Below are positions 18,718 to 26,828 of a stretch of DNA of 64,000 bases, piece by piece. Position 1 is the first letter of the stretch. Every line of letters starts with the position of its first letter. This stretch comes from a virus. The notes under the pieces are model-generated. The model was not told the DNA's origin. It searched no databases and saw nothing but the letters and a program-made list of their open reading frames with translations. Location: the UHGV virus genome UHGV-1366919; one strand, 5' to 3'. The position numbers and the translations under genes were made by a program.

Positions 18718-18834
18718 CTAATCAAAACTAGTTATTTGATTTATTACTTTGCATCAAAACAATTTTAATTCAATTATCCGTCCTTCACAGGATTGATTTT
18801 TTTTTTTGAATATTTCATTCGAAAAATTAGTTTC

Positions 18835-18892
18835 GCTCTTGGCTACTTATGCTCATCGCCGCGTAAAGGCTTTTTCGATGATGAACTGGTTG
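18835..18892. repeat. about 55-nt conserved element, copy A (about 80% identical to 21737-21795)
   Basis: Plus-strand tacttatgctcatcgccgcgtaaaggctttttcgatgatgaactgg aligns with the copy at 21737-21795, attacttatgttcattaccacgtaaaggtttctccattaatgaactcgg. Confidence 0.6.
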
Positions 18893-19014
18893 CAGCGGGC
18901 GGACATGCTCCGCTTAAGAGATGCTTATGAGACATCTGAGGCTACTAATACCTCTTTACTTTCCTGCTGCGATTTTCTGAGCAGTTTAAAATCTTGCTCA
19001 GGATTCTGAATTAT

Positions 19015-19134
19015 TTACTTACCTTTCTGAACCTTAATTACAGGAGGCTGATTAACAGTTTGTTGCTGTTGCTGAGAGCAAGAAGCTGTCAAACAAATTA
19101 CAGAAGCGGTAAGAAGAATTGCAATGTTTTTCAT
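19015..19134 (-). CDS. small lipoprotein (39 aa: MKNIAILLTASVICLTASCSQQQQQTVNQPPVIKVQKGK)
   Basis: Hand-translated. Signal peptide with lipobox-like LTASC. AGGTG/CACCT motif about 35 nt upstream. Confidence 0.45.
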   Translation of the reverse strand: MKNIAILLTASVICLTASCSQQQQQTVNQPPVIKVQKGK

Positions 19135-19177
19135 GATTTTATAATATTTTTTATCTTATTTTTTGTAGGTGCTCAAA

Positions 19178-19432
19178 TCAAATATATGAGTTTTGATATT
19201 TAATTGAATTGCGGAATTTTTTATCAGGATATTCTTTAATAAATCCTTCAGCAATTTTATCATCCCATATAGGTCTTTGACTAAATTTAGCACGAATATT
19301 GGGTTGATCCTTGGCCTTATATTCCCGATACCATTTTATATTGTTTCGAGTTTTATAAATCCAAAATGCTTTTCTGCTGTCAAGTTTATAACAAAACTTG
19401 TCCGGTATATTTTTTCTATATGATCTGCTCAT
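19178..19432 (-). CDS. small basic protein (84 aa)
   Basis: ORF. Confidence 0.4.
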   Translation of the reverse strand: MSRSYRKNIPDKFCYKLDSRKAFWIYKTRNNIKWYREYKAKDQPNIRAKFSQRPIWDDKIAEGFIKEYPDKKFRNSIKYQNSYI

Positions 19433-19450
19433 AACTTTCTAGGTACAAAC

Positions 19451-20578
19451 CTAGAAAGCATTACGATAATTATTGTTCATATTAAAGATGTCTGCAATAT
19501 TATGCTCAATATCAGTTGCTTGAACGCACTCAAGCAAAATATTTTCGTCCTTTATTTTATATACTAAACGATCAATTCCATTTTCAATGAGATCATTCGG
19601 ACCAAATACGATATGTTTCCATTCATAGTCATCATTAGAACCTTTTAACCGTTTAGCAATTCGAAGCGGATTAGTAGTAAACAAATTAATCGGTTCAGGA
19701 CTAATATCGGTTTTAGTTATATATTCAAACTTATTGCCTGCCTGGGGAATAACTTTAATTCTATAATTGCAAGGTCTAAATTCAATGTTAATATCATTGA
19801 TTATCTTATCTAGAGTTGTTTCGTAAAGATTACATTCTTCAGTAAGAGCCTGGAGAACATCAAAACTAAAGTTAAGAATAGATTTTGAAGTTTTTATAAA
19901 TTGAGAAATATTAGTATCAATTTGTACTTTCAAATTATCTTTAAGATATTCTTGAATTACTTCGGAAGAAAGTGAATCAAATTTAAAATGATAAAAGATT
20001 CTGCCAGGTCGGGAAAGGAAAAATTGATTAATCTTATAAAGATTATTACAAGAAAAAAGATAAAGATTCTTATTTTCATTTATCCCGTCCAAAAGACCGA
20101 GCAATCCAAATTGGTTTTCTTTTCCTGAATCCATTTCGCAATCATCTGTATTTTCATAGCTGAATTTATCAAATTCATCAAAAATACAAACAACTTTTTC
20201 GTCAATCTTTTTAATAAAATCAGAAAACTTATTTAGGTTAATTTTCTGATTAACAAGGATAACAGGAATATTATCCTCAATAGCTCTTTCAATACAAAGC
20301 TTAATCAAAAGGCTTTTTCCAGTTCCTTTCAGTCCGGACAATAGCACGCCGAGATTTTTATCCCTAGATTCATAAGTCTTAAAAATCCTTTGAACCTTAT
20401 TATTCAAATCTCTATAAATCTTCCTATTGTTGAAAATAAAATTATGTTCTTTTAAGAACATTTGTCCCTGAGGACCTGCATTTATTGTATAAATTTTAGC
20501 CGGGAGATTCTTTAAAATAGTAATACAGTTTTCAGAAAGAACATCAACTGTATCATTGTTAATGATATAATTAGACAT
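19451..20578 (-). CDS. classical-clade AAA+ ATPase
   Basis: Walker A GLKGTGKS, Walker B VVCIFDEFD, second region of homology with SRPGRIFYHF (Arg finger). Last gene of a 3-gene operon with overlapping stops and starts. Confidence 0.65.
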   Translation of the reverse strand: MSNYIINNDTVDVLSENCITILKNLPAKIYTINAGPQGQMFLKEHNFIFNNRKIYRDLNNKVQRIFKTYESRDKNLGVLLSGLKGTGKSLLIKLCIERAIEDNIPVILVNQKINLNKFSDFIKKIDEKVVCIFDEFDKFSYENTDDCEMDSGKENQFGLLGLLDGINENKNLYLFSCNNLYKINQFFLSRPGRIFYHFKFDSLSSEVIQEYLKDNLKVQIDTNISQFIKTSKSILNFSFDVLQALTEECNLYETTLDKIINDINIEFRPCNYRIKVIPQAGNKFEYITKTDISPEPINLFTTNPLRIAKRLKGSNDDYEWKHIVFGPNDLIENGIDRLVYKIKDENILLECVQATDIEHNIADIFNMNNNYRNAF

Positions 20579-20996
20579 TATATTTTAGATAATAAGAATA
20601 ATAAAAAGATTTTTGGAATAAACAACCGCCTATTGCAGTTGAATGAGATACAAGCTCATAACCTTTTTTAATTAGAAAAGAAATAACTTCATTTAATATT
20701 TCCTCAAATATTTCTTTATCATGCTCTCTTTCATTTCGAAGAGTAAAGAATAAAAATTTAGGCCGTATAACATATTCCGGTAAAGAATAATCCTCAATAA
20801 TAAAATAACCGGTTTTAGGCAATTCTTTAGTATAGCGATCTATTTTCAGATCAATTTGATCAAGAATATATTCGAGACAATTAGACTTTTTAATTCTATA
20901 TTTCTCAATATCAAGAGCTACTTTAAATCGTTTCTTTTCTTCTTTAAGCCTTTGTTTAAGAAAAGTTTTATATTCATTTTTGTTAAACCAGCTCAT
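20571..20996 (-). CDS. hypothetical protein (141 aa), operon partner of the AAA+ ATPase
   Basis: 8-nt overlap with the downstream gene and 14-nt overlap with the upstream gene. Confidence 0.45.
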   Translation of the reverse strand: MSWFNKNEYKTFLKQRLKEEKKRFKVALDIEKYRIKKSNCLEYILDQIDLKIDRYTKELPKTGYFIIEDYSLPEYVIRPKFLFFTLRNEREHDKEIFEEILNEVISFLIKKGYELVSHSTAIGGCLFQKSFYYSYYLKYNV

Positions 20997-21300
20997 TGAT
21001 TGATGCTTCTTTATAAAAGTTAGAAAGGATAAGAGTTATAATGAAAGGTTCTCCTTTACTCAATTCAATGTCATATTCAATGCCATTATTATCTTCTTCC
21101 CAAATAATATGAAGCTCATCGTTAAACACAACTGTTTCAATATTTTTAATGAGCAGCATATTTTTTACCTTTTGAGTAAGGTCAAACATTGATCCGTCAA
21201 ATTCAATGATTTTTCCTCCCATAAGGGAATCTTTAATAATATCTTCATCCCCGTGAGATACATGAAGATAAGATGGAATTGAAACTGCAAAATTACTCAT
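20983..21300 (-). CDS. hypothetical protein (105 aa), first gene of the AAA+ operon
   Basis: ORF. AACACCTTTGAG...CATAAT element upstream. Confidence 0.45.
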   Translation of the reverse strand: MSNFAVSIPSYLHVSHGDEDIIKDSLMGGKIIEFDGSMFDLTQKVKNMLLIKNIETVVFNDELHIIWEEDNNGIEYDIELSKGEPFIITLILSNFYKEASINELV

Positions 21301-21330
21301 AAAAATATTATGAGATAAATCTTATAACTC

Positions 21331-21337
21331 AAAGGTG
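21331..21337 (-). promoter_or_regulatory. conserved element AACACCTTTGAG ... CATAAT 32 nt before the AAA+ operon
   Basis: Matches the 4891-4897 instance (AACACCTTTGAG). Confidence 0.4.
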
Positions 21338-21350
21338 TTTAAGAAATAAA

Positions 21351-21425
21351 TGGAAGAGTTGCTGGGGTACGATCCCAGAATAGGAGAGTCAAAGTCTCCG
21401 GTGTTGCCAATTACACTACAACTCT
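21351..21425 (-). tRNA. tRNA-Gln(TTG), CCA encoded
   Basis: Perfect 7-bp acceptor agagttg/caactct, D-stem gtgt/acac, anticodon stem ggaga/tctcc with loop ctttgac. T-loop atcgtac is non-canonical. Confidence 0.5.
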
Positions 21426-21431
21426 ATTTGT

Positions 21432-21506
21432 TGGAGGCTTCAATCGGTTATGCTCCGATGTTACCGGGTTACAAATCCGGGGTTTTACTGATTAAACTAT
21501 AAAGCC
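21432..21506 (-). tRNA. tRNA-Thr(TGT), CCA encoded
   Basis: Acceptor ggcttta/tgaagcc, D-stem gttt/aaac with 8-nt loop, anticodon loop tttgtaa, T-stem atcgg/ccgat. T-loop agcataa is non-canonical. 6 nt from tRNA-Gln. Confidence 0.5.
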
Positions 21507-21508
21507 TT

Positions 21509-21582
21509 TGGTACTTTGTATCGAAATCGAATCGATGACTTCTGAGTGGAAATCAGATGTTTTACCACTAAACTAACAAAGC
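21509..21582 (-). tRNA. tRNA-Gly(TCC), CCA encoded
   Basis: Acceptor gctttgt/acaaagt, D-stem gttt/aaac, perfect anticodon stem tctga/tcaga with loop tttccac, T-arm atcga-ttcgatt-tcgat. 2 nt from tRNA-Thr. Confidence 0.7.
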
Positions 21583-21700
21583 ATTAACAAGACACATTTT
21601 CTTTATACTCTACCAATTGAGCTAGCATCCTCTTCTCAAAGATGCCTAGGATTCGAACCCAGAACCGTTCATTTTTCATATGACTAAGATAATTGTTGTT
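21583..21700 (-). other. tRNA-like fragments: canonical D-arm (tagctcaattggtagagt) and T-arm (ctgggttcgaatcctag) in inverted order, joined by a gcatc/gatgc stem
   Basis: Could not be folded into a single cloverleaf by hand. May be a pseudo-tRNA, an unusual tRNA or an att-site remnant. Confidence 0.3.
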
Positions 21701-21736
21701 AATGTCTTTTTTATGAGAAGACTTAGAGATATTAGT

Positions 21737-21795
21737 TTCATCTTTCCTGATTACTTATGTTCATTACCACGTAAAGGTTTCTCCATTAATGAACT
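21737..21795. repeat. about 55-nt conserved element, copy B (partner of 18835-18892); overlaps the 3' acceptor of tRNA-Pro
   Basis: About 80% identity to copy A. In minus sense it forms the hairpin gttcatta...taatgaac. Confidence 0.6.
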
Positions 21796-21866
21796 CGGGT
21801 ACCAGAGGGTCGAACTCTGTTAATCATGCTCCCAAAGCATGCCCATAACCGTCCTGGCCATACCCG
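21795..21866 (-). tRNA. tRNA-Pro(TGG), CCA not encoded
   Basis: Acceptor cgggtat/gtacccg, anticodon stem catgc/gcatg with loop tttggga, T-arm cagag-ttcgacc-ctctg. The D-arm is short and irregular. Confidence 0.5.
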
Positions 21867-22185
21867 TTATACCGGTATTGTCGTCAACTTTCTCAGAAGT
21901 ACCGGACTCCTATAGCTTCAGCATACGATCAGCTAAACGATTATTTCTTAACCCATCGTTCTAACGGTAATCAGTTCCAGCTCGCTCTCTAACCGCTAAA
22001 CTGATAAGTCGCTAGTTAGGTAATTCTTTGTGACTAGCAAAGAAACACTATGTTCGATCTACATATTTACTCATCACTATCGAGTCAACGGACTAATAGG
22101 CTAAGAGTGGGATCTTCGTATTTTTAAAAATGTATTAATAATACGATCACTTTTAATAGTATGATCTCTATATACTTTTTCCTGC

Positions 22186-22212
22186 TTGAGTAAAATCTAA
22201 GATTTTACTCAA
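22186..22212. repeat. 12-bp perfect hairpin (ttgagtaaaatc taa gattttactcaa)
   Basis: Read directly; no adjacent T-tract. Confidence 0.6.
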
Positions 22213-22374
22213 ATAATATTCACTTGTTTGTGGATTTTTATTTACAATATATGTTCCTAATGGACAATTAGTAATAATATCTAATGATCCATTTTCTACT
22301 ACTCATAGATTATTATTATTTCGAATGAATTGAGACATTATGTTATTTTGTTTTTGTTTTTGTTTTTTAAAATT

Positions 22375-22452
22375 TGGTAAGCCTGGTCGGATTCGAACCG
22401 ACGATCTATCGATTATGAGTCGATTGCTTTAAAACCTCTAAGCTACAAGCCT
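22375..22452 (-). tRNA. tRNA-Met/Ile(CAT), CCA encoded
   Basis: Acceptor aggcttg/caggctt (two G-U pairs), D-stem gctt/aagc, anticodon stem atcga/tcgat with loop ctcataa, canonical T-arm gtcgg-ttcgaat-ccgac. Confidence 0.7.
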
Positions 22453-22989
22453 TTATAAATTATATTGTGGATAATGTAATTCTAAATGACAATTAGAACA
22501 TAATAAATCACATTTATCAGCTTCTATTTGTAAAATATTAATAGGTTTAGAACTAAATGCACTAGCACTTAAACTAAAACATTTTTTAGTATTTTCTCTA
22601 TGGTGAAAAGATAAAACAGCTAAATTTTTATTATAACCACAAATTTGACATTTTCCACCTTTTTGAGATATAAAAAATAATTTTCTATTTTTATATCTAA
22701 GTTTAAATGATTTATAATCTTTTTTAAAATTACGAGAAGTATTTTTAATTTTAGACCTACAAGAAATTGAACAATATTTTTGTTGTAAACCTGTTAATAA
22801 ATTATTACAAACAATACAATAACGTTTAATTTTATTATTTCCTTGAAATACTGTTTTTAAATTATATTCTTTTAATCTATTTTTAACTGTCATAGGTGAA
22901 CATTTTAATTCTTTTGCAATTTTTCGTGTACTTAATTGCTTATTAATTAAATGTTCTAATTGTTCCTTAGAAATATTTGACTTACCCAT
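22453..22989 (-). mobile_element. free-standing HNH homing endonuclease with N-terminal HTH; its stop abuts the tRNA-Met 5' end
   Basis: HTH STRKIAKELKCSPMTVKNRLKEY. HNH core CQICGY...LSFHHREN...CSNCHLELH. The cassette 22453-23660 is more AT-rich than its surroundings. Confidence 0.65.
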
Positions 22990-23349
22990 TTATTCAAATG
23001 GTATTTGACTTATATCATTTATTGACTCAATTTTATTAATCTCATTAATTATAATACAACAATTATACAAATTAATTATACCATTTTCAAAATCTTTCCA
23101 ATCATTTTCTGTTGGTTCATAGCCTTTTTCTACTTCACTCCAACTAATATAAAGGTTATTATCTTCAATCTCAAAATTAATTTCAAAAATAGGCCAAATA
23201 CTAATAAATTTATCTTTTAATTCTTTATAAGTTTCAAAATTAAAAATTGTCTGACCATCATATCTTTTTTGGAAAGAACGAATTTCGCCTTTTTCATAAT
23301 TATCTTCACTTACTTCAATAATAGTATTTGATAAATTAATTTGATACAT
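22990..23349 (-). CDS. hypothetical protein (119 aa) in the AT-rich cassette
   Basis: ORF abutting the HNH gene. Confidence 0.4.
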   Translation of the reverse strand: MYQINLSNTIIEVSEDNYEKGEIRSFQKRYDGQTIFNFETYKELKDKFISIWPIFEINFEIEDNNLYISWSEVEKGYEPTENDWKDFENGIINLYNCCIIINEINKIESINDISQIPFE

Positions 23350-23384
23350 ATTAATTATTATTCTGCGATTATTTTAATTTTTCC

Positions 23385-23654
23385 TTATGAATTTGTATAA
23401 TAAATTCGTTTAAATCCCATTGTTCTAAGCATATTCATACAATTTGCACAAGGTTTAGAAGATACAATATTTCCATTATTATCAATTCTAATATTAAAAA
23501 ATTCAATATCAGAACAATCTTCTTTTCCCAATTTAAGAATTGCAGAAATTTCTGAATGAAAGCAAGGTTTATAAGACTTAGAACCAAATACTTTATATTT
23601 TCCATATTTGATTTTATAAACAACTCGATCATAATTATTCACACCAATTGCCAA
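23385..23654 (-). CDS. mini cytidine/dCMP-deaminase-like protein (CDA fold zinc motifs HSE ... PCANC), possibly truncated
   Basis: CFHSEISAIL ... KPCANCMNML matches the H(A/C)E ... PCxxC zinc-binding pattern. At 89 aa it is shorter than typical CDAs. Confidence 0.4.
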   Translation of the reverse strand: MAIGVNNYDRVVYKIKYGKYKVFGSKSYKPCFHSEISAILKLGKEDCSDIEFFNIRIDNNGNIVSSKPCANCMNMLRTMGFKRIYYTNS

Positions 23655-23765
23655 TACTTTCTTTTTAAGAACAGCAAATGTTATATGAAATGAACGGCCT
23701 GTTTGTTTTTGTCCTTTTAATGCTTTTGATATATCGATATAATTATTATTTTTTATATCTCACTT

Positions 23766-24611
23766 TCAGAAGGTGCCTGCAAAAAGCCTTCTTCGAATTG
23801 ACATTAAATCTTTTCCAAGATTATTTTCTCCAATCCCATTACAAACTCCAAAATAAGTATCTCCCCAGGTATTTTCTTCAATAAGAATTGATTCTCCTGT
23901 TCTCATTAATAGAGTTTTAAATGGTTCTTGCTTGAATTTTTCTTCACAAACTGCATACATAACCATATTTTTAATTCTATCCCAATCTTTTCGAAGGGGA
24001 ACAGTTTGACCTAATTTCCTAGCTTCTTTCGGAGACAATCCAATAAATTGGGCACGAATACCAAGATCTTCAGTCTTAAGAGCTTGATAAGCAGCTTCAG
24101 TAGAATTAAAAACCATTCCTTCCGCTATTATTTTAACTTCGGCAAAATTAGAAAGAAATTTAAAAATGCCTCTAAAATCAGCAATTATACGAGGATAAGA
24201 AAAGAAATATCCATTTGTTCCTTTAAAATTATTGGAATCAACAATATCCCAATATTTGTTATCATTAAAATTATAAACAAAAGCTTTTCCAAACAAAATT
24301 GGAGGAGGCTGATGAGAAATATTAGGCCTCCAAGCTTCCTGAAGAGTGACAGAATCAGCCCTATCTCTATAATAATAAGAAACAGAATTATCCTTTAAAT
24401 CGGAAGGAATCCATGAACCAGCGGCAAGTTTATGCGGACTTAACCTATGAATATTCCCATTTTTAATTAAAAGTTCTGGACAATCATTATAATGGCATAA
24501 AACATTTGATAAGAATTCCATATGATCAGAAGTTCTCATATCAAATAGAAACAATTCTAACCAAACTTCTTTAAGACTATCATAGATAAAAAGTTGAGTA
24601 GGATAATTCAT
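23766..24611 (-). CDS. NADAR (YbiA-like) domain protein with N-terminal extension
   Basis: FLSNFAEVKI...EAAYQALK...EARKLGQTVPLRKDWD...LLMRTGESILIE..WGDTYFGVCNGIGENNLG fits NADAR-family conserved blocks. Confidence 0.6.
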   Translation of the reverse strand: MNYPTQLFIYDSLKEVWLELFLFDMRTSDHMEFLSNVLCHYNDCPELLIKNGNIHRLSPHKLAAGSWIPSDLKDNSVSYYYRDRADSVTLQEAWRPNISHQPPPILFGKAFVYNFNDNKYWDIVDSNNFKGTNGYFFSYPRIIADFRGIFKFLSNFAEVKIIAEGMVFNSTEAAYQALKTEDLGIRAQFIGLSPKEARKLGQTVPLRKDWDRIKNMVMYAVCEEKFKQEPFKTLLMRTGESILIEENTWGDTYFGVCNGIGENNLGKDLMSIRRRLFAGTF

Positions 24612-25255
24612 TTTCTTTTAATTAAAATTCGTTCTTCTTTAGATATAGGATTAATTTGGCAACCTTTTATTTCAAATCGTTCTTTAAAAGCTTTTTGGTT
24701 AATATTCAAAATATAAAAATTCCTTATATCTAATCTATATTTTTGATAAATCTTGATTGTTTTTAATGAATATAATGTAGCGTAATTAGCTGACAAAGTG
24801 CAAAGACCATCAAATGATTGGCAAGAATAAAAATTAAAACCATCAAATATAATATACTTCTTTTTTAGAAGAGCAGCATGAATAACATTCCACCATTTAA
24901 TTAAATCAGGATATTTTTCAATTAAAGTTTCCTTTAACCGGCAATAAAATTTATAACCTTGTTGTGCCCTTTTACCCTCAAAAGCCAATTTTCTTTTATA
25001 TTCTTTAATTCTTTTATTGAGAATTTTAACTCGAAGGTTATTAAATCTAAAATGGAAAGAATCAATTAAAAGAACTGTTTCAGTATCAACCAACGATAAA
25101 ATACTTTTTCCAGGAAAAGCTTCCTTAAATCGGAGCCAATGATAAATGTAATATTCAACAAGCTTCTCAGGGTTTTCTTTAAGATGATCTTCTATACTCC
25201 TTCCTAAAGGCTTAATAAGAGTTTTATATAACTCAACTTGAGAAATCTTGTTCAT
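24608..25255 (-). CDS. hypothetical protein (215 aa)
   Basis: ORF; 4-nt overlap with the NADAR gene. Confidence 0.45.
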   Translation of the reverse strand: MNKISQVELYKTLIKPLGRSIEDHLKENPEKLVEYYIYHWLRFKEAFPGKSILSLVDTETVLLIDSFHFRFNNLRVKILNKRIKEYKRKLAFEGKRAQQGYKFYCRLKETLIEKYPDLIKWWNVIHAALLKKKYIIFDGFNFYSCQSFDGLCTLSANYATLYSLKTIKIYQKYRLDIRNFYILNINQKAFKERFEIKGCQINPISKEERILIKRK

Positions 25256-25499
25256 AATTAAAAATAAAAAAGTTAAGAGAGGGAGATTTAGTTGCTAAAG
25301 CCTCCAATAAGAGCCTGATACTCATTTTACCGGTCAACTTTACACATCCTAATCTCTTATAAGAAACCATTAATTTAGGCAAAGTAATCAGTATACCTGC
25401 ACTAAATGTATTCCTTAATAACAATCCTCAGTCTAGTAAAGGAGCTACCTTTATACTACTATTGGTCTAAACTTTTATTTGTCTTTCACTTAAAAACTA

Positions 25500-26612
25500 T
25501 TAGATGTTCATTAATTTATTATACACCTTGAAACCAATAGGTGTTTTGCGATAAATCATCCACAGTAGAGTTTGATTCAAGCTAGGATAAGTTTTCAATA
25601 ACTGAACTACTTCATGGGCATCTTCATAAATATTGATTTCTTTTAACCTTTTTTGACATTCTTTATAAGGAAGAACTACGAATTGTTCAAATTTTTTACA
25701 AACCTCAATCATATTAGGTTTAATATATTCTGCGATCTCATAGTCAAATTGTTTTTCTACAAACTCATAAAACTGCTTTTGAACTTGTTCAGCTTCAAAA
25801 GTTTCCGGATTGAGATAACCATGTTCATACATCGCTTCAGCTACTTTGAGTATAGAACTTAAGGTAGATTTCATCCGATGCAAAGTACAATACCAATCTG
25901 ATTTTATCTTTTTAAGAAGCTGTCCATTATTAAAATAAACAACAACTCCTTCAGCCGAAGTCCAGGATTTAATCTTTTCATTTAAATCAATGTAAGATTT
26001 AATATCCGGATATTCATATTGCCTTGGCCGTTTAAATTTATATGTATGAGCAATCGAGTTTAATTCTTTCTGAGTGGCATAAGAGTAATCTTTATGATTA
26101 ACCTTTCCAATCAGGAATAAATCAGGATTATCATACTTGAGAACAATCTGATTCGTTGGGGTTACCCATTCAAAAATCAAAGAAAAATCTGCAGTTTCGT
26201 AAGATTTAAAATATAATTCAATCTTGTACTGTTCCAATAAAGGATTAAGTTCGGAAGCATTTTTCTGTTGATATGCAGAAATAGTACCTCTGGTTCGAAC
26301 AATAAGTTTTCCTTTATATTTTGAAACAATCAGACATGAACCATCTAACTTTTCGGTTAGAACAAAATCTTTATCATAGTATGGTGCAACTGGTTCAAAA
26401 GCTGGCTGTTCATTAAAATTCATGAACTTTCTAAATCCCAATGAAACTGGGAATCCATCAGAAACCCGCCAAATAGAAGAACGATAAATCTTATTTAAAT
26501 CAGTAAATTTGGCAGAAATCAAAGGCGTAATCAGAACACAAAGGTCTCCAGCAATTTCTACTTCTTTAAAAGAAAATTCTTCTTCGGATTCTTTAAACCA
26601 CTGATACTTCAT
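25500..26612 (-). CDS. RNA ligase, T4 Rnl1-like (tRNA sealing)
   Basis: Motif I LTEKLDGSC resembles Rnl1 KEDGSL. 370 aa. Lies in a cassette with a kinase and phosphoesterases. Confidence 0.55.
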   Translation of the reverse strand: MKYQWFKESEEEFSFKEVEIAGDLCVLITPLISAKFTDLNKIYRSSIWRVSDGFPVSLGFRKFMNFNEQPAFEPVAPYYDKDFVLTEKLDGSCLIVSKYKGKLIVRTRGTISAYQQKNASELNPLLEQYKIELYFKSYETADFSLIFEWVTPTNQIVLKYDNPDLFLIGKVNHKDYSYATQKELNSIAHTYKFKRPRQYEYPDIKSYIDLNEKIKSWTSAEGVVVYFNNGQLLKKIKSDWYCTLHRMKSTLSSILKVAEAMYEHGYLNPETFEAEQVQKQFYEFVEKQFDYEIAEYIKPNMIEVCKKFEQFVVLPYKECQKRLKEINIYEDAHEVVQLLKTYPSLNQTLLWMIYRKTPIGFKVYNKLMNI

Positions 26613-26826
26613 ACTTCCAACTAATTATTCCATTTTTATGACAGACAGAAATTACTTCAATTTTAAATGAACAAGTATAAGTTATTTTAGTATTATCTTT
26701 AGATGACTCAACTGACAAATGAGAAATCAAATCTTTATGAGGCATATCAAGAGAAACATAACTATTATCTCTTATATCAACAGCCTCCCAATGAACCCGG
26801 AATTCATTCCAATAAAGAAGGAACAT
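26593..26826 (-). CDS. small protein, paralog of 26829..27074
   Basis: Shared pattern HWN..WEA.D and a conserved C-terminal Cys. Confidence 0.4.
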   Translation of the reverse strand: MFLLYWNEFRVHWEAVDIRDNSYVSLDMPHKDLISHLSVESSKDNTKITYTCSFKIEVISVCHKNGIISWKYEVSVV

Positions 26827-26828
26827 AA

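Noticed and set aside
18806-19009. 67-aa plus-strand ORF as a protein-coding gene
   Set aside because: It sits in an otherwise non-coding tRNA region and is locally GC-rich. It also contains one copy of the duplicated 55-nt element. It is more consistent with structured RNA or DNA than with a protein.
21583-21700. Calling a circularly permuted tRNA from the inverted D-arm/T-arm arrangement
   Set aside because: A matching anticodon stem could not be found on either side. The arrangement is left as tRNA-like fragments or a pseudogene pending a covariance-model search.
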